A DNA stretch of 64,000 nt, taken from positions 334,304,001 to 334,368,000 of the forward strand of contig OZ024741.1 of assembly GCA_964016885.1 (NCBI GenBank). Reading direction: 5' to 3'. The translations under genes were made by a program, and so were the position numbers. Numbering within the stretch: position 1 is the stretch's first letter; every line of letters begins with the position of its first letter. The notes below the pieces were generated by a model. The model was given only the letters and a program-made list of their open reading frames with translations. It made no database searches and had not been told where the DNA came from. Source of the DNA: Eledone cirrhosa. Its lineage: Eukaryota. This document shows, one piece after another, positions 14,481 through 26,417 of this stretch.

Positions 14481-15000
14481 CATATATATGTGTGCCTATA
14501 TATGTTTATATGTATATATATGTGATTATATGTATATATATTTGTGAATACATTGAGAGTGTATGAAAGTGAATGACTGATACATAGATATGTACATCAT
14601 CATCATCATCATCGTTTAATGTCTATCTTCTACACTAGCATGGGTTTAGACGGGAATTATCCCATGTGAGGCAGGATTGGTTGTCTTGCTCGTATAGGAC
14701 TGTCTATATATATTTATAAATATCTACTTGTATATCTACTTATATATCTACAAGTATATGCATGTATATAATTTACACACACACAAACATACATATAATA
14801 TATAAGCACATACAAACATACACAAAATATAAAAGCACATACAAACACACACATAATATATAAGCACACACAAACATACACATGATATATAAGCATACAC
14901 AAAGATATGTGTTTCACTGTTTAAATCATGAAATCCAAAATGGTGTCCTTGTAAAATGTCTGCTTTAATCAAGACTCTCTATGAAAAGAAACTAAGAATG

Positions 15001-15052
15001 TCTGAAATGTTTCAATGCTAAAATATTCTAATCTTTTTGCTTTATATTCCAG
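15001..15052 (+). other. Splice acceptor ahead of the large protocadherin exon (implies an upstream 5' UTR exon)
   Basis: Branch-point-like CTAAT followed by a polypyrimidine tract, CTTTTTGCTTTATATTCCAG, ending 69 nt before the ATG. Confidence 0.55.
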
Positions 15053-15121
15053 CATGAATTGTAGTTTGTACAGCATTACTGTTGGAAAGGACATGTTGAT
15101 GTATAGCATTAAAACATCACT

Positions 15122-17491
15122 ATGCAAATGCAAGTTTATCTAATCCTGTCACTTTTATGCACAACATTGTGCATCGATCTTATCTACCATGTTAAGGAGA
15201 CAAATAATCCAATTACTTATCTGGGAGATGTAGCCTCTGATATCTACTCTGAAAATGGAATTCTTTCAAACAGGCACAAATTGATTTGGTTTAGCCAATT
15301 ACAACAAGGTGGTAATGCAAATTCTCTTCTGTTTAATGTCACCCAAATGGGTAAACTGTATGCTATTCAACCTTTGGATGCAGAACTACTCTGTGAATAT
15401 GACAAAGAATGTTCTAGAGTTATTGTTATTGCAGTGAGATTCCGACAATCATTCATTAAGATATTAGAAATAAAAGTTGTAATAACCGATGTGAACGATC
15501 ATAAGCCAGAGTTCTTAAATCATAGTATTTTACTGCAGTTCTCCGAAGGTGATGGAAAAGGTATGACTAAACATATACCTAATGCAATAGACAAAGATGT
15601 CAGTATTTTGAATTCTCGCATAACTTACAAACTGCTAAAACATGAAGGAGATCCATTCGAATTAACAGTTTCTGAAAATGTAGACAGTACATCAACTCTT
15701 GGTATAAAACTGAAAAACAGAATTGACCGAGAAAAAAATGATTCATATAAAATTCAACTTATTGCAGAAGATGGTGGATTTCCATCAGAGAAAAGCCAGT
15801 TAGAAATTTTGATAACAGTGGTAGATGTCAATGATAATGCTCCAGCCTTCACTGAAAATGTTTACAATGTAACTGTTCATTATAAGCCCCAATGGAACAA
15901 ACTAATTGCTACATTGTCGGCTATTGATCGAGATTCTGGAGAAAATGGGAAAATTTCCTACCACTTTAGTACCAAAACTTCAACGATAAATAGATCTTTT
16001 TTTCAGTTGAATGAAAAAACAGGCCAAGTTTTTTTAACAGAAAACTTTGATTCTAAATTGAACAAATCATGCAAGCTTTTTATCAAAGCTAAAGATCAAG
16101 GCAACCCTCCTCTTAGTTCCATAGCATTGGTGTTTGTAAACATCGTAAACCAACAGAATAAGGCGCCAAAAATAGATATAAACTTCATCTCTAAAGAAAA
16201 AGAAGAAATTATTTACATTTCAGAATCAGTTGAAATTGGTAGCTTTATTGCATTTGTTAAAATTACAGATGATGATGCTGGGAAAAATGGAGAAGTTTCT
16301 TGTAAGCTGAAGTCAAACAAATTCCAACTTGAGGCTCTCGGTTCAAATAAATACAAAGTGATTACAAATAAAGCAATAGATAGAGAAGTTGAAGTGAGTG
16401 TTAACTTCACTATTACTTGCAGAGACCATGGATCACCTCCCCTGGTGACAAACAAATATGTGATTATACAAATAGAAGATGTTAATGATGTGATACCACA
16501 ATTCTCTAAAGATGAATTTCAATTTTCGGTTCATGAAAACCAAAAACCTAACTTCCCTATTGGACTTGTCAGTGCTAATGACTTAGATTTAGGCCCAGGA
16601 GGGCAATTGTCCTATTTTTTGTTATCAAATAAGAAAGTACGTCTTCCTTTCAAAATTTCCAACTTTGGCTTTATTTCAACAACAAATGCTTTAGATAGAG
16701 AAAAGCAAGAAGAATATCATTTTCAAATACTTGTAAAAGATGGAGGGACTCCACCTCTCAGCAACACTGTAAATGTAACGGTTACTGTTCTTGACAAAAA
16801 CGACAATCCTCCATATTTCATCTTCCCTCGTCACCCCAATTTTATTTTGGATGTTCGATCTTTTTCTTGGACCTCCAGAAACATATCGGTTCTAAGGGCT
16901 TTAGATGATGACAGTAACATAAACGCCTTTCTAATCTATGAAATACTGGATGGTAACCAGAAGCATTTGTTTCATCTTGACAGGTTCTCTGGTGTCCTAT
17001 CTTTTACACGGCAGCTATTCCAGAAAGATACTGGGTTGTATCATCTTGAAATCTGTGTCAAAGACAGTGGTACACCTACATTATCTACATCAACTAATTT
17101 ATCTTTAAAAGTTTCTGTCAGTAATGCTACTAAACCAGTGTCAACCATGTTTCTACATCAGGAGCCCCATAGTGTACGTATCTATCTTGTGGTAATTGTG
17201 ATATTTGTGGCTCTCACGCTCTCAGTAAGTATGGTTCTAATCACAGCACTTTGTATTGTGCGGACTAATCAACAAGGATCTATGCTGTGTTATCGTAGGA
17301 AAACTAGCTTTTCACATTCTCTCAAAGGAATCAATCAACAGGAACATATATGCCAACCTGAATCAATTGATTCATACTCACAGGGTTTAAATTCCAAACA
17401 AGAAACTTGTAAGCAGCATGAGTTAGTCTACAGCTGGAGAAGTTCATCTCCCAAAATACACAGTGAAGTATTATCAGAGAAAAAGCCTCAG
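15122..17491 (+). CDS. PCDH: Protocadherin, large exon: signal peptide, six cadherin repeats, transmembrane helix and proximal tail
   Basis: Signal peptide, LDAE/IDRE/LDRE motifs, DVNDHKP/DVNDNAP/DVNDVIP/DKNDNPP linkers, AxDxD and DxGxPPL motifs, and TM segment IYLVVIVIFVALTLSVSMVLITALCIV. Phase-0 donor CAG|GTAATT at 17491/17492. Confidence 0.95.
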
Positions 17492-17564
17492 GTAATTTCT
17501 CTTACATAATTATTTTTATTATCATTATTTAATTTCACTTGTATTTATATATTTAACAACTTAT

Positions 17565-17720
17565 TTAGTGCTGGTACAAAATATACCCAGTCCACCCTTT
17601 AAGATGGTAGTGCTGGTGCCACTATAAAATGTACCCAGTCTATCTTGTAAAGTGGTAGTGCTGGTGCCATGATAAAATGTACCCAGTGTACTCTGTAAAG
17701 TGGAATCGCTGGTGACATTA
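17565..17720. repeat. About 44-bp tandem unit related to the internal module of repeat family B
   Basis: GTGCTGGTGCCA…AAAATGTACCCAGTC…AAAGTGGTA, 3-4 copies. Compare 55480-55950. Confidence 0.65.
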
Positions 17721-17894
17721 AAAAAAATCATTTAATTTTATTAGTATTTATTCATTTATTGTGAAATATTGATTATATTTTGAGAACACAGTGAGAGAAA
17801 TCTTTGAAGTAAAAAGAATAGTTCAAATTTATTTTGTTTATAAATTGTCATTTCAAATATCATCTCAGACTTAAAAGTATGTTTTTTAAATAAT

Positions 17895-18570
17895 GGTTAT
17901 ACCACCACTTGTTTCATTATACTAAAATATATTAGACTGTAGTTATACCATCATTTACTTGGTTATACTAAAATACATTAGACTGTGGTTATACCACCAC
18001 TTGTTTAATTATACTGAAATATATTAGACTGTGGTTATACCATCATTTACTTGGTTATACTAAAATACATTAGACTGTGGTTATACCACCACTTGTTTCA
18101 TTATACTAAAATATATTAGACTGTGGTTATACCATCATTTACTTGGTTATACTAAAATACATTAGACTGTGGTTATACCACCACTTGTTTCATTATACTA
18201 AAATATATTAGACTGTGGTTATACCATCATTTACTTGGTTATACTAAAATACATTAGACTGTGGTTATACCACCACTTGTTTCATTATACTGAAATATAT
18301 TAGACTGTGGTTATACTACCACTATGTTATAGTTAAATTCATTAGGCTGTGATTATACCACTTACTTTGTTATACTAAAATACATTAGACTGTAGTTAAA
18401 CCACCACTTGTTTCATTATACTAAAATATATTAGTCTGTGGTTATACCACCACTTTGTGATACTAAAATACATTGGACTGTGGTTATACAACCACTTACT
18501 TGGTTATACAAAAATATATTAGACTGTGGGTATACCACCATTTATTTCCTTATGCTAAAATATATTTGAC
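17895..18570. repeat. 46-bp minisatellite with alternating A/B monomers (92-bp dimer)
   Basis: GGTTATACCACCACTTGTTTCATTATACTAAAATATATTAGACTGT alternates with GGTTATACCATCATTTACTTGGTTATACTAAAATACATTAGACTGT. Confidence 0.93.
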
Positions 18571-19303
18571 ATGGTTTTGTTTTTACTGAACCAGAGGTAG
18601 TTTCAGGTGAGTTGTTACTAAAAGGATTCAATAGAAATAACTACAGATGTATAATATATATAAAACCGATTATTCTGTCATATAGTTACTGTTACTTAAA
18701 GGGTGTCTACAGCCTGCTTACATATAGTCATACTTTCTTTCAAGTGCAGAGAAGAAATTGTCATGTCTTTTCACACAAACTAAAGGGTCCACTTAACCCC
18801 TTGTTCAACAGGTTTTCTACAGCTGGATGCCCTTCGTAACACTAACTTCTGTACAACGTGTACTGGGTGCTTTTATTGTGTAGATCACCTGTACTAGGTA
18901 GGCTGTCATTTTCTTGACACAACTAAAGGATCCTTATTTGGTAAGCTTTCTATAGCTGGATGCCCTTTCTAATACCAACCATTTTACAGAGTGTAATGGG
19001 TGCATTTATTGTATAGATCTCCAACATTAAATATATAATAAATATGAAACTGATTATTCCATCACATAGTTACTGTTGCTTAGAATTAGTTATATATATC
19101 AAATTTTCCCCAACGGCAAGACTGTATATTTTAAACATAGAGAAATATGTTGTTAGATTAAACTTTTAATTTTACATGTATGTATAACTAAATATAGAGA
19201 CACACAGAAATAAAAATACATTTGTAATATAATTCAAGGTGGTTTTTACCAAATATTTATATTTATATAATATTATTAATATAAATATTAATAATATTAT
19301 ATA

Positions 19304-19490
19304 GGGTGGTGAATTGGCAGTATCGGTAGAGGGTCGGACGCCATGCTTTTCAACAGAGTTACGTCCCTTTGCGGTGTGAGTTGAAATTCCGCCGAGGTTA
19401 ACTTTGCCTTTCATCCTTACGGGGTTGATAAAATAAAGTACCAGTAATGTACTGGGTAATTGCTGGCCTTGTGCAAAAATCAGAAACAAT
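19304..19490 (+). mobile_element. SINE family A, full length
   Basis: A-box-like TGGCAGTATCGG and B-box-like GAGTTGAAATTCC. Central GCCTTTCATCCTTACGGGGTTGATAAAATAAAGTACCAG is shared by more than 10 copies in the window. Confidence 0.88.
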
Positions 19491-19897
19491 TATTAATATA
19501 AATATTATTTATGCATTTTTAATTACATAGATATGTATGAATATATATATATATATGCATACATAATGTATCCATATATCATACATATATATATGCATAC
19601 ATAATGTATACATATGTCATACATATATACATGCAACAATGCATACACAAACACACACACACACATATATATATATACATGCAAACATGCATTCACACTT
19701 ACATAAAACAATATGTATGTGTGTATATATATATATGACCTCGGCGGGATTTGAGCTCAGAGTGTGGAGGGCCGTGACTCTATGCTGTAAAGCAATTATA
19801 ATAATACTGGACTGTAGTACGATCGGCTTCAACTATACAAACTCTTGAAAGTCAACAGTTGACATAATCTTGTAATCTTGTATCAGTAATGACGGTA

Positions 19898-19929
<32 letters not shown>

Positions 19930-20569
19930 AAGTGAGTAGAGTAGCGTGTGTGTGTTTGTTTGTATGTATGAGTGTTGGTGTGTGCGCGCATATGTGTATG
20001 TCGTACGTATAAGTGTCAATAAGTGATTTTTTTTTTTTTTGCGCGGGGACATAGAAATAATCGGGCAGTTAAACCAGTGGGAGTGAAGAACCCCTAGCCC
20101 TTGTCAGGGCATTCTTCTAGGAGAAGGCATCTCAGGAAACTGGGTTAACTCCAACATAAAACCTGCGGCTCAGTAGTTACCGATGATGTTGATCTTTTCT
20201 TCTTTTCGGGTTATAGCTACTGTCGCTCAGAGAGTGGGATTGGCTCAGTGCACAGTCTTTCCTCACTTTAAAAATATTCGTCACGCACAGGCATTGCACG
20301 AGTGCATTAATAATTATCAATAGTGTACTATTATTATTATTATTATTATTATTGAATGCTATGGTTGACGGAGGCTCGGCTCTGTAAGGTATTGTAAATT
20401 TTGAACGCTATAACAATTGTAAATTGTTTAAAACTTTAACGAACTTGTAGACAAAAACACCCTCCTCCTCGTGAGAGGGGTCTTTCTGCCCGTTATTTGG
20501 CCCTTCGGGGTTAAATAACTGCTTATTGGGGTTTTGTGCCCAATATTTATTTTAAACAAAAAAAACAAC

Positions 20570-22643
20570 ATGGCTACGAAAAAGAATTTTCATAGGTCAC
20601 TCCCACTCATTCCGTCTTCTTCTTCCTCAATCATCACTACAGCAGAGAGAAGATTGTCTCTCTCCCTCCCTTCTTTAAATGTGTCTCTCTCCCTCCCTTC
20701 TCTTTCGCAAGCGACGAAAGAAAAGAAAAGTCTCGTGCAAAGCGTGCAAGATTTCTCCACGACGACGACGAAACAGGTGTGCGGGAAATACGAAAACCCA
20801 CTTCATTCGTCTGACGTCAGGAATAATAGCAGTAGAAGCCGTAATAACAACAGCAACAGTGACAATGAAAACAACAGTAGCAGCCTCAACAGCATCACCA
20901 GCAGCATAAACAACAACAGCATTAGCAGCAGCAACATCAACAACAACCACAGCAACAGCGGCGGAGGCAGTAGTCGTAGTACCTGCAGCAACAACAAAAG
21001 TAACAGCAGCTCTGACGACAACAACAACAACAGCAGCAAAGAAAAACCAATCTCGTTTGCAGGTATCGCGAAGAACCTGGAAACAATCCTCATAACAAAT
21101 GAGGAATTACAGGAAGCGAAGAAGATGGTGACAAAGACCGGACACCGAGCAATCTGCAAGGCAGCGGAAACATTTTTCGAAACCCAACAGCACTGTACGG
21201 TCACGTACCGTACAGTAAGTACAAAATCCCGTAGGGTTGAAAGAGCCACAGAGGCGCAAATACAAAAAGCCTTGGGGTCTGTGTGGCACCGGAAAACGCA
21301 CATCACCCGAGGCAAAAAATATGCCACCGTAGACGTACTTTTTGCCACACCCCAGGAGGCAAAGGCTCAATCCGTAGTGACCCTAAGGAGCGAGGAAATG
21401 GTGTTGGTGCCCTCCTACTGCGGGAAAAAAATTGTGAGAGTCAAACTGACCCACGTCCTCCCCGGGATGGCCCCTTCTTGGCTGGCCGCGTCTGTCCTCG
21501 TCGGAATCGAGGACAAAACAACTGTACTGCAAGTACAGAAAAAAGTAAGAGAAGATTGGGTCGGCAACTCCATTGAGAAGCTAATCCAAACCAACCAGGA
21601 GTGCATCGAAGCTATCCCAGATGTGATAGACTTCGATAACGGCACTCAACTGCCCATAAGTGTTGAGGGCAAACGCCCGAAATGCTTTCGCTGTGGATCG
21701 AAGACTCACCTCAGGGCCTTCTGCAACGAGAAGACCATGAGAAAGGAGAAACCCCCCCCTCCTTCCGAAACCGGCTCCACGGCTACCAGCAACAGGACAA
21801 GCGGCAACCAGGAACGATAGGTCCGTGGCACCCATACCCACGCCACGGAAATCAAAAACAGCAGCAGCAGTGGAAATATTAACAACAACAACAGCAATAC
21901 CAAATGCAGCTGCAACAGAGACTCCAGGGCAAACATCACCAACAACAACAAGTGAAAGAGTGGAGCTGGTACCCCTCCCCTCCCCGACCTCACAGAATCA
22001 GACATGGAGTGTGAGGTGGGAGAGGGATGGCAAAAGGTCGTAAGAAGGCACAAACGCAGAAGCAGCGCATCGTCGCCTTTGAAAAGGGAGGAAAGAAATG
22101 AGAAAAGGGTAAAGTCTACTGCAAAGAGACTCACAGCAGCAACACCACCAACACCATCACCACCGGCGACAACCCCACCGCCAACAACACCTTCAACACC
22201 ACCACCACAAGCACCAACATCGCAAACACAACAACAAAACACACACCCAGCAACAACGACAAGAAAATAGCAGAACCACACCCCACCCCCAGAAAAACAA
22301 ATGCACGGCAATAAATACACACAACAAGAAACTAATGACTTACATAATTGAACACACAGACATTTCACAACACGACTACATAATACCAGCACCAATCAAA
22401 ACCCCAACTAACATAAGACTGCTAAAAATAGCACAGAAACAATACACAAACATTAAAACGAAATTCCCCAACGCAGTTGGTGATTTCAGGGACCTAGGAG
22501 GAACTATCAATCGAAGAGTATATTCAGACATACTCATAGAAGAGCTGACGACCAGCCGAAGGGACGATTCAACGGTCCCTTCACCAGACGATCAAGTGAA
22601 AAGGGATGTAAAAACCATCCCTCCTCTACGAAAAGTACGGTAA
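20570..22643 (+). pseudogene. L1/Tx1 ORF1 (gag-like), disrupted after 21820
   Basis: CX2CX4HX4C knuckle CFRCGSKTHLRAFC with low-complexity N/S/T/P flanks. Downstream pieces such as EGWQKVVRRHKRR lie in other frames. Confidence 0.75.
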
Positions 22644-22678
22644 GTGGTCTTTCCCATCTTTTCCACTCTATTTTAAAC

Positions 22679-25600
22679 ATGACCTCACTCAGAATAGGCA
22701 GCATAAATGCGCGTGGCTTGGGGTCGTCATGGAAGCAGGGTCACCTGCTCAACGACCTCAGGTCACTAAACATAGATGTAGTGGCCATCAGCGAGACCAG
22801 AATCTCCGAAGCACGGGCCTTCGCACCGATCTTCGGCGGCTACGATGTGTACGCATCTCCCAGCCGTCCTGGATCGGGGGGAGGAGTTGCTGTGCTTTTT
22901 CGGAGAGGTTTGGATCTCGCCATACGGGCCATCTTCCTGGACCCAGAGGGTAAGCTGGTGGTGCTGGACGTGACCAGCGGAGACGGGCAAGCTTTCAGGC
23001 TAGTGGCCGTCTATGCCCCGACAGGAGCAGGGCGGCCTGATTTCTTCCGGCGTCTGGAAACCTTTCTTGGAACGTCCCACTCTTTAGTGTTAGTGGGCGA
23101 CTGGAACGGGATCTTAGATGCACGCTGGGACTGTGTGGGATTAGCGGATAGGGGTGGAGGGTGCAAGAGCCTCACCCACCTGCTCAGGCGTTTTGAACTG
23201 TCTGACAGGTACCGATTGGATTTCCCGAATGTGCCAATGTGGACTTGGACAAATCGTATAGGGTCATCCAGATCATATCTAGATAGAGTATTTTGTAGGG
23301 AAATAGACAGGTCTAGCATAGGCTGTCCACAATTCAAGATAGTCAGCTACACGGACCACAAATTCGTGATCTGTGTGCTTGACTTAGATAGGCTTCATAG
23401 ACGAGGACCCGGCTACTGGAAGCTAAACGCGTCCTTACTAGCGCGCAAGGCCTACAGAGACCGGATTAGCGAACTAGTTAAGCGGGCGTTGACGGGGGCC
23501 ATCGTCAACAACAAGTGGTGGTTTGCTCTGAAAAGAGCGATTAGAATATAATCCATTAGGTTTAGTAAGGCTTTAGCAATAGAGAAAATTAGAGCAGAGG
23601 GAGAACTAGTTAGAAAATTAGACGAGGCGCTTAGCAAAGGCATTGCGACCGACGTGCTTGCGGCGAAATTGGCCCTTGACCAATTCTTCAATGCAAAGCA
23701 CGAAGGCTGCGTTGTCAGAGCAAGGGTGCGTGCTCTCAGACACGAGGGGACGAAAGCCGTTCAATGGGCCCGAGTGGCGGAGGCGCGTCGTGGCAACAAA
23801 GCCACGATCCAGTCTTTGGTGGACCACGACGGGCGCATGCTACTCGATCCCGGGCAAATGTGTGAAGCTTTTCAGCGACACTTCGCTCAGCTGTTCGGGG
23901 GAAGCGGTGGGCCGGGTCGAGGGATGGACTTTAGTGTCTACCTCGACGGACTGCCGCGGCTCTCGGCCACTGAGGCGAAGTGTTGCGAAAAGACGATAAC
24001 AGCGGCTGAAGTAAGGGAGGCAATGACTGGCTGCACAAGGGGCAAATCGCCTGGTTTGGTTGGTCTGCCCTATGAACTTTACGTACAGATGCCAGACTTG
24101 TTCGGAGGCCTCTTGGCGGACGTCTACTGCAACTGGCAACAGAACGGGAGAATTCCCAGTTCTGTGAGGCGAGGAGCGGTGGCACTGCTGAGAAAGGATC
24201 CGAACAAGGGGGATAACATAGATAATTTCCGGCCCATAACTCTGCTAAACACAGAGTTCAAGATTTTGGCCAAGGTGCTAGCAAAGAGGTTGGCGCTTGT
24301 CGTTGGTGGTCTGGTGGGAGAGGCACAGACATGCGCCATTCCCGACAGATCCATCCACGACAACCTCCACCTCATGCGATACATCGTAGAGAGGGTAGCT
24401 AGGGAACCTGGCACAGGTGGGTCCTTGATCAATTTAGATCAGTTGAAAGCTTTCGATAGGGTCGACCATCGTTACCTAGCGGCAGTCCTGAGGGCGGCTG
24501 GCTTTGGGCCCGTCTTCAGAGGCTGGATCGCTGCCATGCACAGCGACATCTGCTCTGTGGTGAGAGTGAACGGTTACCTGTCGGAACCGTTCAACATCAT
24601 GCGCTCGGTCCGCCAAGGATGTCCCCTCTCGTCCCTCTTGTACGTATTGACTCTCGAGCCATTACTGCACAAACTGGAGACGTTGAGGGGAGTCCCGTGC
24701 GAACTAGGATGCGGAAGATCCGTGTCAGCATATGCGGACGATGTCACCGTAGTGGTGTCGAACGCCAAACACATCGAGGCGATCGGCACTACACTAAGAG
24801 AATACTAAGCGGTGACAGGAGCAATGATCAACCAGGAAAAGTCAGTGGGCCTGCAGCTCGGCACCTGGAGAGGCAGGTCCATGCCGTCCAACAGCGTCGT
24901 CGGACGCTGGACGGACGGACCGGTTAAATTGCTAGGGGTCTGGTTCGGTCCGGACCTCCAGACGGACAAAAACTGGTGACGAGCAGGGTGGCTTCTCTCA
25001 CCCAGAAATGGGCGGAGAGGAAGCTATCCCTGAAAGGTCGAGCGGAGGTGGCTAACGCGTACATCGCGTCTGTCATCTGCTACCGCCTGACCGTCGTACC
25101 TTGTCCTAAGCCTCGCCTGACTGCGCTGGAGCGTTTGCTCTTTCGCTTTTTGTGGAAGGGACGTGCTCCGATGGTCAGGCGGTCCATCTGTTGTCAACAC
25201 CCGCTACGTGGAGGGCTGGGCATGCTGTGGCTGATGATGTGCAGGCACGCGCTCAGGCTACGACATCTCCACCTCTTCCTCGACGGTGATCAGGTGTGGT
25301 CGCCGTTTGCTAGGCGCGTATTTCCCCAGCTCGTTTCCTTGACGGAGCTGCAGTCCTGGGTCAAGCGAAGACCGAGAGGGAGCGCCTGGAGACTGGAATG
25401 TCTTCAGGCGCTCACAGCCCTCGACCAATCGGGCAATGTGATCGGTGGAAACTCCACCTCGGCGTTTTATAGAGGATTAGTGGAGGGGAAGAGCGACGAC
25501 GTACTTGGGGAAACTCTAGGCGTCAAAGAAAATCAACTAGCCAATCTCTTCGGAAGAACTTTCGGGCCAGGGCCTATGGACAACTTCCAGAAATCTCTGG

Positions 25601-26091
25601 CCTGGCAGTGCTACCGAGGAGCCTTGCCAGTTCGGGATAAACTCTACAGGCATCGAGGTGCCGTCAGCCGGGCATGTCCGAGATGCGCGCAGGGCGACGA
25701 AACCGTCCTGCACGCACTCGTCCAGTGTCCGAAAATTGCTGACTTGTGGGTTTATGTCGAACACCTGCTGTCGCGTTTAGGACGGATCCGGCTATCATCT
25801 GAGTCCATCGTGAGGATTGCCCCGCCCTCCTCCTTTAGCCGGGAAGGGCAGGCAGTTTTTATCTGTCTGGTGGCCATGGCGAAAGAGATAGTATGGTGGA
25901 CACGTTTGAAAGGGCTGAAGACGAGCACTTACCTCTTCGGTGATGCTCTGATTGACTTTTTCAAATTTCATTTGAAAAGGAAAATCAGAGTAGAGAGGGA
26001 AGTGCTCTCTTACCAGCATTTTGTTGAAAGATGGGTGAGAGAAGCAAGAATGGCCCGAGTGAATGGGCCTACTCTGAGTATATATCTTTAA
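22679..26091 (+). pseudogene. L1/Tx1 ORF2 (APE endonuclease, RT, Zn motif) with two stops and a frameshift
   Basis: SINARG, GDWN, YLDRV and TDH endonuclease motifs; NFRPITLLN, KAFDRVDH, RQGCPLS and YADD RT motifs; CPRC…ETVLHALVQC. Stops at 23549 and 24806, frameshift near 24975. Confidence 0.93.
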
Positions 26092-26417
26092 ATTAAAGGT
26101 GGAAAACTGGGAGAGGGCACTTGCCTTGGTGGTCAGGGTCATTGTGGCTTTTTACTGGGCTTTCTCCACAAATGTCCCTCCGAAGTCTCCCCCCTATTGG
26201 GGAATTTTTCATTGTTATTTTCATTGTTACTTTTTGTTACATCCTCTGTTTTTGTTTTTTACACGCAGAAATGCCCATTTGTACCGTCCTGCATTGTCCT
26301 GCACTGTCCTTAATGTCTACTTTATGTAAACCCTTGTGGTTAATAAAGAAATCATTATTATTATTATTATTATTACTATTATTATTACTTTTTTTTTTTT
26401 TTTTTTTTTCAAATTCA

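Larger units (their letters stand above)
20354..26353 (+). mobile_element. Full-length L1/Tx1-clade LINE inserted in an (ATT)n tract
   Basis: ORF1 with a CCHC knuckle, ORF2 with APE endonuclease, RT and C-terminal Zn motif, and AATAAA near the 3' end. (ATT)n lies on both sides. Confidence 0.9.

Noticed and set aside
19304-19400. tRNA genes at SINE A heads
   Set aside because: A and B boxes are present, but there is no cloverleaf and each continues into the SINE body.
20041-20200. HDV-like ribozyme at the RTE 5' end
   Set aside because: Known from some RTE elements, but I could not build the nested double pseudoknot by eye.
26121-26417. Hydrophobic N-terminal extension of the 1268-aa ORF
   Set aside because: It is read-through of the Tx1 3' UTR, (ATT)n and poly-T. 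The likely start is the ATG at 26418.
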